Positions 1 to 11,000 of a stretch of 64,000 nt of DNA are shown here, piece after piece. How positions within the stretch are numbered: position 1 is the stretch's first letter; each line of letters begins with the position of its first letter. The notes under the pieces were generated by a model. That model did no database searches. It was given only the letters and a program-made list of their open reading frames with translations, and was not told the DNA's origin. The position numbers and the translations under genes were made by a program. The DNA comes from Azolla caroliniana (taxonomy: Eukaryota > Plantae > Polypodiophyta), in NCBI GenBank assembly GCA_043228905.1, contig JBHGNT010000020.1, positions 12,524,001 to 12,588,000 on the forward strand, written 5' to 3'.

Positions 1-2
1 GT

Positions 3-2402
3 TTGACCAATGCTCCGACTACTTTTCAACAAGAAATGAATGACATTTTCCGAGAAAAACTTGGAAAATTTGTCGTTATTTTCTTGGATGATATTTTAGT
101 TTATAGCCGTACATTACAAGAACATGCTAGACATGTCCGCTTTGTTTTACAAACATTGCGTGACAAACAGTTTTATGCGAAGATCTCAAAATGTGAGTTC
201 TTCAAGAAATCAATTACTTATCTAGGACATCTCATAACCGAACGAGGAGTTGAAATTGATCCTTCTCGCATTGAGAAAATCAAGCTTTGGCCCACTCTTC
301 GGAATATTCGAGAAGTTCGATCATTCCTTGGTTTTGTGGGGTTTTTGCGAAAGTCTCTTCGTAATTACTCCCAATTGACGACGCCGTTTACTGATCTTTT
401 AAAAGGTCAAACGCGTAAGTCTACAAAACCTATTGTGTGGAATGCTACATTAGACCTTGCATTTAAGGAACTCAAGGACCTAGTTTGCAAGGCTCCTTCA
501 CTTCTTTTACCTGATCCTTCAAAACCTTTTGAGGTTGAAACCGACGCAAGCGATTATGCTATAGGTGCTGTCTTGTATCAAGATGGTAAACCAATAGCAT
601 TCGAGAGTAAGAAACTTGATTCTGCTCAATGTCGGTATACAGTTCAAGAAAAGGAATTATTTGCAGTTATACATGCGCTCAAAACATGGCGCCATTATCT
701 TTATGGAAATCACTTTGTGGTAACTACGGACCACGAGTCCTTGAAATATTTTTGTGACCAACAAGACCTGAAAGGTCGTAAGGCACGATGGGCTGATCTC
801 ATCCAGGACTTTGATTTTTCCATACGATATCGTAAAGGTTCCATGAACACTGTCGCTGATGCACTAAGTCGCATCCGTGAAGTTAACATGCTTAGCTTCA
901 CTGAAATAACATCAGATCTTTATGATCACCTTCGAGGAAAGTATCCTGATGACAATTATTTTGCAAAATACTGGGCAAGAGTCGAGTCTGGAACAGACAC
1001 CACCACACCCTCGAAGGAATACTTCCACATTGCTAACGGTCTGCTCTACCGTAATGGGAAGGTTTGTGTTCCAGATTTACCTGAGGTCAAAAAGAGAATT
1101 CTTTTTGAATGCCATGATGCACCCTCAGCAGGGCACCCTGGAATACATCGTACACTCGTTCTCATCTCCACTCAATTTTATTGGCCTAAGATGCGTCCTG
1201 ACATACATAGCTATGTGACTAAATGTCACCAATGTCAGGTTAACAAAGCCGAGCGACTTAAAGCCGCAGGACTTTTACATCCCTTGGACATTCCCAATAA
1301 TAAGTGGGAAAGTATATCCATGGATTTTATTGTTAGCCTTCCTCGCACCCAAAAAGGTCATGATGCCATATGGGTTGTGGTTGACAGACTAACTAAAATG
1401 GCCAGATTTATTGCTACTAAAACCACGGTAACAGCTCCTGAATTGGCTTACCAATTCGTTGATGAGTTATTTCGTTTTTACGGGTTACCGATGGATATCG
1501 TGAGTGACCGAGATCCGAAGTTTACTAGTGACTTCTGGACGCAAGTCTTTAAGAAGTTAGAAACTACGTTGAGCATGAGCTCCACGGATCATCCTCAATC
1601 CGATGGACAGACAGAACGAGTAAATCAAATTATTGAGGACATGCTTCGAGCATACGTTGGTGCAAAACCAACAAAATGGGAACGTTACCTCCCAATTTTG
1701 GAGTTTGCTTATAACAGCTCCAAGCATACGTCGACGGGATATAGTCCTTTTATGTTGATGTATGGATTTCAGCCATGAGCCCCGATTGATGTTAATATAC
1801 ATCATGATGAGTTGCGAAGTACGCAAAACTTTCTTCGGGATATGCAAGATATGTTGCATATTGCACGGGATAATATAAAAACAGCTCAAGATAGAGCGCG
1901 TCTTTATGCCGATCATCACAGGCAACCTCGTGTATTCAGCCCTGGACAGAAGGTATTTTTACGTGTACCTCACAATTCTAAGACATTGTCTACAGGTAAG
2001 TGCGCTAAGTTAGCCCCACGGTTTTGTGGACCTTTTACAGTCCTCAAACGAATTGGGTCATCAGCCTATCGTCTCGCTCTTCCCGATGGTGTTGGAATCC
2101 ATCGAGTCTTTCATGTAAGTCGTCTAAAAGAACTTCTAGGTTCTGGCGACAATACAGTTACAACTGAAACTCTGGTTACTTCTGAAGATTTATCTTCTAA
2201 ACCACATGTACCAGAAAGAATTCTCGATGTTAAAACAAAAAAATTACGTGCTAAGGAAATCCGAGAATTTAAAATAAAATGAATGGATAAATCAATCAAA
2301 GATGCCACATGGGAACGTGAAACGACTCTAAGAACTAACTTCCCTAACTTTCCATTGCAAGAGTGCAATGTTTTAAAGAGGGGGAGTATGTTACGGGCAT
2401 GA
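3..2402 (+). pseudogene. Ty3/gypsy pol frame with two premature stops
   Basis: One continuous frame broken by TGA at 1776-1778 and 2280-2282; the second replaces the chromodomain Trp. The frame runs through the PPT to TGA at 2400-2402. Confidence 0.9.
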
Positions 2403-2929
2403 CCATATAATATCCCGTGGTGAGAATTGTCGTAGTATTCTATACACGTGGATAAGTGTGAGGGTTAAACAAAGAGTCTAAAGAAGGGGAGGATTACTTT
2501 TAATCCTCGGGATTGAGACAACCCATGAGGCCAAGTGTGAACATGGTTGGGGGCCTTGAGAATTACTATAAATAAGAGGCCTAGCTACCCTCATTTGGGG
2601 CATGCATGGACTACATCGAGACTCTGCTCGTGTGGTGGGTCAACTCTTGTAGCGAGCGCGCCAGCACCAGGTACGACTCGACGCCACGGCGGTGGTATGG
2701 GACGCCGATCGAGGCTCGAGTCCGTCTCAATCCCTTCGCTCGGGGGTGGTCGGGTGGATCGGCACCCTTCTTTCTCTTTCTCCTTTCTATCTATCTTTTT
2801 CATTATCCTTATCTTAAGCTTACATTAGTATCAAGATCTATAATAGGAATAGTAGTTAGTATACTCTTTTCTACTAAGAATTTTGTTCGACAATCTCATA
2901 CCGTGAGAGTGGTCGAGATCTTCTTGACA
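2389..2929 (+). repeat. 3' LTR of the gypsy element
   Basis: Starts TGTTA directly after the PPT, ends TGACA, and contains TATAAATA near 2566. The right boundary is inferred from the terminal CA, without a second LTR to compare. Confidence 0.75.
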
Positions 2930-3396
2930 TAACTCCACTCATATAATGTATTGAATGACCACGATCTTATCAATATGTCACGGTGCATCGGTCACATTGA
3001 GTGGGGGATACAACAATTCACATAAATCCCATGGAGTAAAAGAGAAGAAGAAGAACACATGGCAAAGTCTTCGAGTAACAAGAAGCTCCTAGGTTGTGGC
3101 TTTGCAACACCTTGATCCCGAATCCAAGGCTTGAAATCAAGCTACTATGAATAGCGAGGAGAAAACTTTGGAGTTCCTCTTCATCATTTGTTGTAGATTG
3201 CCCTCGAGGGTTTAAACTATCTCTTGTGATGCCCTCCACTCGAGGTGAGTAGAAAACACGAGGGCATCTCATGGAATTTCTAAAAATGGAATATCAAAGT
3301 ACTCATTCACCGATTTATTCATTGGTGGATGCCCCTTTGTGGTTTTTGCTATCTTTTGCTATGGTGCCCTCCAATCGAGGTGAGAGAATAACACAA

Positions 3397-4016
3397 GAAA
3401 TATCCATTGTCATTGTCTTCACCCCATATACCGAGTGCAACTGCTTAAGCCAATCCACTTCTGGCATTTGCTAAAAATGAATCTGAGATCCCACTGATGT
3501 TGTTGGCCCATTGCCAAGTTTTCCCCATGCAAGACGAGTTCTAAGGCCTAATACATTTCCAATAGAATACCGGACAAGAGAATTAGCCAAAAGCGGCTAA
3601 TTCATCCAACCATCCCATATGTCATGCATCTATTTGTGTAAGAAAATCATGATTACATCCCATGCTCTGACGATTCCCAAGATAAATCTATTGGATGTTA
3701 GATTCCGTCTCTATGTCTGTACATATGTCAAGAACATCCATTTCAAAGAAGGCAACCAGTTTCCTCCCGTCTTGGGAGATTATTGCATCAACTGATTAAG
3801 TAGCATACCCTTCAATGCCTCTATCCCTGGCAACAATCCTTTGACTACCAACTTTGTCAGGAGAGCTCGAGATTGCATAAAGGGATCTATTAAAGCCAAC
3901 CTTCCTTGTCTTTTTAGCCTAATCAAAACATCCCATCCCACCTTGGCCATTGCACGAGACCCATTTTTCCCACCCCAAAGGAAGTTACGTATGAGGCATT
4001 GAACTTTCATGATTGC
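3397..4016 (-). mobile_element. L1-like LINE ORF2 fragment, same family as 39225-43213
   Basis: IRNFLWGGKNGSRAMAKV.WD motif; alignable by eye with 40505-41125. Confidence 0.9.
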
Positions 4017-5513
4017 CCACCTAGGGAATCATGAAAGTTCAAAGCCTTATACGAAACTTCCTCTGGGGTGGAAAAAATTTCCTTTATTGTGATTGCGGCA
4101 ACAATTTAATATCATGGAATGAAGCTTGATGGAAAGGGAGTATTATGGTCCATCATCTAATTCTTCTTAGTTTGCCAATTCTACAATTAATCTCATTGCA
4201 TCACATGTCTTTCCACTAACCATTTTCATAAATGACGTCTTCACATACTAGATTCGATAACTTTTCTAATGTCATCATCCACTCCTCACATTGGCTCACT
4301 ATTATCAATACTATATAATTCCTCTTCCTCTTCATAGCCAAGTGAGGTTTCTTCTGTAAAGTTTAATGTGTTCACTATTATCTATATAAAATAGTTCCTC
4401 TTCCTCTTGCAATTGTTTTAGGGGTGTAGTAAGTTCTATAATTACTTTCTAATGGAATACCCCTCACCTTTTAATGTGCATTCGCCTTCTACTTACTGGC
4501 TTGTTGCTTGTTGAAAGAGCAATTACATCTTTTTCTAGATTTTATCATTGGTTGATTTAATTAACATTGGTGTTTCAAAGACTTTATGTTCTTTTGGTGA
4601 TAACAATGACCTTTGTTGCATATTATATTTGAGTGGTTGAATAGAGTTGGTCGTGAGCATTGATATATTCAGTTGCAAATCTTTATACAACAACAATGCA
4701 ATTCTTTAAGTGGTATTACTTATATGATTGAATAAGCTTCATAAGTTGTTTGAATCCTTTGCATATTGAAGCAAAATGATCAAACTTTGGCTCATTTTCT
4801 ATGTTAAATACCTCTATTGAATAAAAAGCCTTTGGTCTTCCTATGGGAGAATCCACAATGCTAGATCGTTGCATGATATTGAAACTAAAGTCAATAGAGA
4901 AGAAAACTTGCTTATTCCATTATAAATATCAACCCAACTTAGTTTGTATAATTGTATGAGACGTCAATCTATAATGTTTTCTTCATGTGTATTTGTCTAT
5001 ATTCTACGTAAACAAGAATTTCCTCATATCTTCTTGTGACATCTCTTCTAGTCATTCATCATTTAACATTTTTGTGAGAATCACTACTTGCTTTTGTTAC
5101 ACTCGCTCATTATAAATATACCATCTTGATCTTGAAACTAAATGATGCGCATGAACACAAAAGTTTTGGATGTGGATAATCGATGTATAGGTTAGGACAA
5201 TCTTATATTATATCCTCTGTGACGCGTTTCTAGAAAAGTATTGAAAGGAATTTCTTGACAAGGACGAGGAAATGTTTGAGCTATTTCCAACATGGCTTGC
5301 GCATCTCCTTTGAACTTTGTAAGATTTCGTGAAACAAGTGAACACAAGGCTCTTGTTAATGTGCACAAAATTTCAATCCTTTTTCAAGACAAAAGTGAAT
5401 ATGCCCTTTGTTAATGTGCACCGCTATGTTTGCCATGGCTTATACACAAATTGCACCTCCCCATCTCTTTTTTTCATGGCATACAATTGGCTGATGGGCG
5501 AGACCAGAAGCAC

Positions 5514-7441
5514 TAGCGATGGGCCTTGTTTGGTTTCTTTGCCTTGACACCGAACCAAACTATTTATATAAAACAAAGACCAAACCAAGTTGTTTATGAA
5601 CTTTGAAGCCATTTAAGAAAAGGTAAACTAAACCCGTTAGAATTCCAACCACGCTGCAACATTTTCCGCAACCGCGCATCGGACTTGATGCTTACTTTCA
5701 GGTCTTCCTTTTGCTTTCAACGGGAGTCATTACAACACGACGTTCAATGCGACACGTTAGAACTTACCATTGACAATATTGGTGCAATTTACCCAACCAA
5801 GGTTGCGTACTCGTCTTCCTGACCAAACATCCTCGCAACATCGTCTCGCCTTGCAAGTTTTACCGAACAAAGCCATAGATCGATGGGATACGTAACCATC
5901 TTTTAACATCGTCAAAACTCTAGCTGCAGCCTTTGAGATTTAGCGTGAGCGAAATGGTGTGCACCAACAACCCCTGATCAAAACAAACAGTTGAAATGAG
6001 TTCTCTTGTTCTCCTTTCCTTGCCAATGTAACGTCAACGAAGAAGAAACAAGAAGTTCTCGTTGTAACGAATGACAACGTTCTCGAAATGCTGCAAAGCT
6101 CGAGTTGTTTGCTAGTCGACAAACCCTCCACCTCCGCATGTCATCGGGCTGGAGGCCGTATGACCTAGTTTCGAGGAGGGGTCGCTTCCCGAGGTTTGTG
6201 GCACGTACCATATAGCGTTTGAGGGTTCTAGAAAGGGAACGAAAATTGGTGTGAAACTATCGTCGATCATTTTCCCAATTTGGTGCAACCATACAAGTGG
6301 TGACCCGAGTCCCGCGGATGGCACAAAACCTCGACGCGCTAAGGTGAGGAAGACGGTTTCCTAGTGAGCTAATATGGTACGTCGGCATGCTCAAGAATAA
6401 TCACGTCGCCCTCTCTCTCGTGTTGCCAACAAGAGGGTGTTTTCCTGCTCCAACTTCGTAGCAAGAATGAACGAGGCAGACTCATTGACACGCGTCGAGT
6501 AGGTAAGAACATCCATACTACTTAACGAGGCCACTCGTCATGCTCACGCTCCATTTGCTAACCTTGATCTTGTTTACAACTTTTCCATGACTTCTTGAGT
6601 TTTTTAACACGGAGAAATAAGCAAGAGTTGTTCTCTTTGGATTCTTTATCTCTCTTTGAGTTTTAAGTCATCAACATCAGAGTGGCGCAGCGGAAGCGTG
6701 GTGGGCCCATAACCCACAGGTCCGAGGATCGAAACCTTGCTCTGATACTGTGCGGTTGAATTATACGTTGTACGTCAAAACCATCGCTACGATCTTGTTA
6801 CCCTCCTTGCGTGGGTTCTTATTCAAGACGTTACCGTCGCTCGAGCTTCGTTCGAGGAGTTCTTTAGGGATTGCTAATCGCGCACGTGTGGAAGCTAAAG
6901 AGGAATGGGCCTGTAAAGTAATTGCCATGCCGGTGCCTTAGTTAGGGCTTTTGAATACATTTGGTGATCACATCAAAGTCGAATGTAATAAGTACTTGCT
7001 CCCTTAGTGGTCAACCTAAACCGTTTAGGGAAAAGTTGAAACCAAACTGAATCATTTAATAAATTATATAAACGTAACCGTTTAAGTCAAACTAATTAAA
7101 AATCTAAAACGAAAAACATTAGGTTGATTAAATCAATAAAAAACATTAATTAAACCATTAAATTAAATAAGCATTAAAGTTAAATTGATTAAATCAATAA
7201 AAACCCATTAATTAAACCATTAAATTAATATACCATTAAGGTGGCAAAAAAAGTTAACCAATAAACCTTTAAACCAAACCATTTAAATGTATAAACCAAT
7301 CAACACGAGTTTTAGAACCAAACTGAACTGAAAGTGAACCGTTTATTAGAAATCTAAACCAAGCCAAACCATTACATTTTTTTTTGGAAACCATGGTTTT
7401 TCGGTTCGGTTCAGTTTGAGCCGAAATTGGGCCCATAGCTA
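5514..7441. mobile_element. Non-autonomous hAT-type DNA transposon (older copy) with internal cargo including tRNA-iMet
   Basis: Left end TAGCGATGGGCC, right end GGGCCCATAGCTA. Flanks AGAAGCAC (5506-5513) and ATAGGCAC (7442-7449) match at 6 of 8 positions. Both subterminal AAACCG/AAACCAAAC-rich regions resemble the ends of 49674-54341. Confidence 0.75.
6676..6747 (+). tRNA. tRNA-iMet: Initiator tRNA-Met (CAT)
   Basis: 72 nt ATCAGAGTGGCGCAGCGGAAGCGTGGTGGGCCCATAACCCACAGGTCCGAGGATCGAAACCTTGCTCTGATA. A1-U72 pair, ATCG T-loop typical of eukaryotic initiator tRNA, CAT anticodon, upstream CAA. Confidence 0.97.
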
Positions 7442-7486
7442 ATAGGCACTGAGGTGTGTCCCGGGTTGGTATTCTCAAGAGTCTTG

Positions 7487-7803
7487 AGGGTTGAGAGGGA
7501 GAGGGGTATGTTGTGTAAATTCCCAAAACCACCCACAAAAACGAAACATTGGGGGTGGGAGGGAGAGGGGTATGTGGTGTAATTTCCCAAAACCACCCAC
7601 AAATACAAAACACTGGGGGTGGGAGGGAGAGGGGTATATTTTGTAATTTCCCAAAACCACCCAAAAAAAACGAAACATTGGGGGTGGGAGGGAGAGGGGT
7701 ATATTTTGTAATTTCCCAAAACCACCCACAAGAACAAAACATTGGGGGTGGAGGGAGAGGGGTATGTTGTGTAATTTCCCAAAACCACCCACAAGAACAA
7801 AAC
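7487..7803 (+). repeat. Tandem repeat, ~64-bp unit x5, G-rich
   Basis: Unit GGGGGTGGGAGGGAGAGGGGTAT..GTAATTTCCCAAAACCACCCAC..AAACATT at about 7487, 7551, 7615, 7680 and 7744. Confidence 0.95.
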
Positions 7804-7895
7804 AGAGTCTTCTTCTTCTTCGTTTTTTTCTTCTTCTTCTTCTTCTTCTTCTTAGGGTAGGGCGGGACAGAACACAGAGACAGACACAGAGCGCG

Positions 7896-7956
7896 ATGGC
7901 GTCCTTCTCTGCTGTGCGAGCTCATGTCGTAGACAGAGAAGAGAGGAGAAGGCGCG

Positions 7957-8004
<48 letters not shown>

Positions 8005-11000
8005 AAATACTACCCCTCCCTCCTACCTTGATGATGGAAAGCATAATTCAAATGCCAATCTGTGTCGGTGGGATTCAAATTTAAAACCCTCCAAATCAGT
8101 CCAAACTCCATTTTGAAGCTAAAACTTCCACACGTACCCTTGGATTCTTGGTTCTGCAAGAACCCTGACAGTGTGATCTTTAGATAGTATGTTGGCAATT
8201 GTCAATTGGTCTAAGCATGATCAGAAAGACACGGTTTCTTTTGTTAATATCTTGATGTCTGATGGTTAATGATTAGAAATCCATTTTGAGTGCATTTTCT
8301 CCAATATGTTGTGTAAAAGACAAAACATGTCCTTATTATGAACTTGTAGCGGCGGAGGCTATGTCTGGAATCTTTTGGGGTTGTGGGTTCAAGTTCCATT
8401 TCATGCATCATGGATAGGGATTCCTTATTGTACATTGCTTGTTTCTGAAAAATAGAAGACTGGGTTGAATACCTCAGAGTTGCATTGAGTAGGAGGATCC
8501 GTAGCAAGATGAGATTAACAGTTGAACCACTGCCACAAGATTCTTTGTATCCAAATATTCATTATAAGCACATTATAAAAAGAATCTTGTGGCAGTGGTT
8601 CAACTGTTAATCTCATCTTGCTACGGATCTGCCTACTCAATGCAACTCTGAGGTATTCTCTAAATTGAACTCTGAATCCCTATAAATGATGCATGAAATG
8701 GAACTTGAACCCACAACCTCAAAAGATTCCATGAAAACGAAAACAATATTGTCCCCAAATTAAAGGAGATATTCTCTAAATTGGTGACATCAATGCAAGG
8801 GACGAGATATTGTTCAGGAGAATGATTCTATAGTTCAAATTCATGCCTACATTAAGCTCTGCATGTGTTAGTTTTACTTTTATCTTTGTGCTTGTCTCTT
8901 GTTATTTCGTTCTTTTATCCTTGTTTGTTTGATCAGTGATATGTGAAAGCTTGTGCAATTATACACATACAATTAAAAGTCAAAAAATTGAAGCCCTTGT
9001 GCAAAAATCGTGCTGTATGAGGCTCTAAAATAGTCAAAGCTCAAGATTTGTAGCTTTAGGATTGATATCTGTACTACCGTATCTGATAACCTGAGGTATT
9101 TTTTGCAGGCATTATACAAATCATGTAATGGGGCTCAATGCTTATGACCGGCACAAGAAGTTCATGCATGATTTTGGTGTGTAGCTCAATTTATGTTGCA
9201 TAATTTTATGCATGTTGGATCCTCCAAATATTCTAAAATTATGCATAAGTTATACATGTTGGTGTGTAGCACATTTTAAGTTATACAGGCATTCAACATT
9301 CCATATTGAACACTTGGGATAATTAAAGCAGGATACCATTTTTATGGTCACATTACCAAACTAAGATGACTTCTTTTTACAAGAGTAGTACTAGAAGCTA
9401 TGATACTATTCACAGAATGCATCTGAAATCAAGAGGTTATGGAACAGTCCTGTACATCAAGTATTTGTGGAGGGCTACACATAGCCATACAAGAAACTAT
9501 GACACTATTCATAAAACGCATCTGAAATCAATAGGTTATGGAAGAGTCCTGCACATCAAGTATTTGTAGAAGGCTACACTTTTTAAGCATCAGTAGACTT
9601 TTAGGTGTTTGCGAAATGTTGCAAGTATTTTTATATTTTGATGGTTACTGCCTGGAAAGTATTGTCACTCTATGTGTTTTTGTTTGCAACAGTGCTTCAC
9701 TACAATAAATCCTCATTGACGAGCAAGGAGAAAAGGCCCATTAAAACAGATCAGGACACTCTTCGAGAAACATACAGGTTCTTGTCTTGATATATAATGT
9801 AATGCTGGCTGATTGTTTAATAATTATTGTGCATCATCTTCTCTTCACAGGTTCATTCGCTCTGAAGAAGACAATTCAGAGAATTCATGGGAGCAAAGGC
9901 TTGCAAAGCGTTACTATGATAAATTATTTAAGGAGTATCCTCTTTTATATGCTTATGCTTATTTTACTTGCTTGCGTATTATTTTTTCAAGCAAATATTC
10001 GTTGGATGCATGTTTCTGAATATCTTAACTTGAGCATATATTGTACTTTCAAATGATTGATATATTGGTGTACTTGACATCAAATCAGATATTGCATTGC
10101 CGATATGACCCACTACAAAGATGGCAAGGTGATAATCTTTTCTTTCACATACATCATTCAATTCTTCTTCTTATTAGATATTGTCCTTATAAATAGCTCC
10201 AAGTTTATTAATGGTCTCTACTTTATGGTAGTGACACGTGAAACTAAAAATGGTTAGGAAAGCAGGAGGATTGGGAGGAGATACTGGGATAAACCTTTAG
10301 TCTTGACAATTTCTTGCATTCCAAATCCATTATATACAAGTCACAGATTGGAATAGTGCCTTAGTCCCTATTGGGGTTTCTCCCATCTCAGCCTGAGTAT
10401 ATGATGGGACTTAGATGCTTTGCTCATTATTGTGGCTGACGTTGTCAACACATTTGCAAGAACAAGGAAATACCAATATTTGTTGCTGAAATGGAGTTAT
10501 TGTAATCACATGGGATAAATATGAATACACTATCCATGTTCCAATTTAATTTTGGATTTCCAAACTTGAACATGAACACTATAACACCCCAATTTTAAAT
10601 TTTTGTTATGCTGGGGGTTTTAATCAGGCACACTGCCTATGAAACACAAGGAAGGCCGACCTGATCTCCGCTGATACCCAATCTATACAAAAAATACACA
10701 TCTCATGGGAATTGGCATCCACTGAAGAAATATTTTCAGCTTTGCTATGTTTGATGCATTATGTGGTGTGATTGACACACATTGTAAACCCATAAGTCTA
10801 TGTTCCCAAAACATTTATCAATGTATTTAGTTACTCTTCTTTTATCAACACCATGTTATGTACATGTTTGCTGTAATGAAGTTATGCAATCATGCAGACG
10901 ATATTGAATTAATATTGATGTTCATTTCAATTAGAGCAAAAAAGTCAAGAATAATTTCTTTTTTATATTTACTTCTATAACTTAAATTGTTCCTTTGAAT

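Larger units (their letters stand above)
1..2929 (+). mobile_element. Ty3/gypsy chromovirus LTR retrotransposon, 3' part (RT-RNaseH-integrase-chromodomain, PPT, 3' LTR); cut by window start
   Basis: RT FLDD motif, RNase H ETDASDYAIG, integrase HHCC and SMDF/VSDRD/GQTER, chromodomain PERILD..KW..DATWE. PPT AAAGAGGGGGAG at 2375-2386 is followed by TGTTAC at 2389. Confidence 0.95.

Noticed and set aside
1776-1778. Programmed readthrough of TGA in pol
   Set aside because: It lies within the integrase region and is best explained, like the 2280 stop, by a transition mutation in a decaying element.
6748-6952. Telomerase RNA, RNase MRP or SRP RNA downstream of the tRNA
   Set aside because: TTTAGGG is in the wrong sense for a template on this strand, and I could not find MRP/SRP conserved motifs. 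It is kept only as an unassigned trailer.
7487-7803. Possible CRISPR-like array (also 16190-16696)
   Set aside because: Units repeat in full without unique spacers, there are no cas genes, and the context is eukaryotic.
7269-7925. Overlapping 100-218 aa ORFs
   Set aside because: Translations of the 64-bp tandem repeat and the (TTC)n tract.
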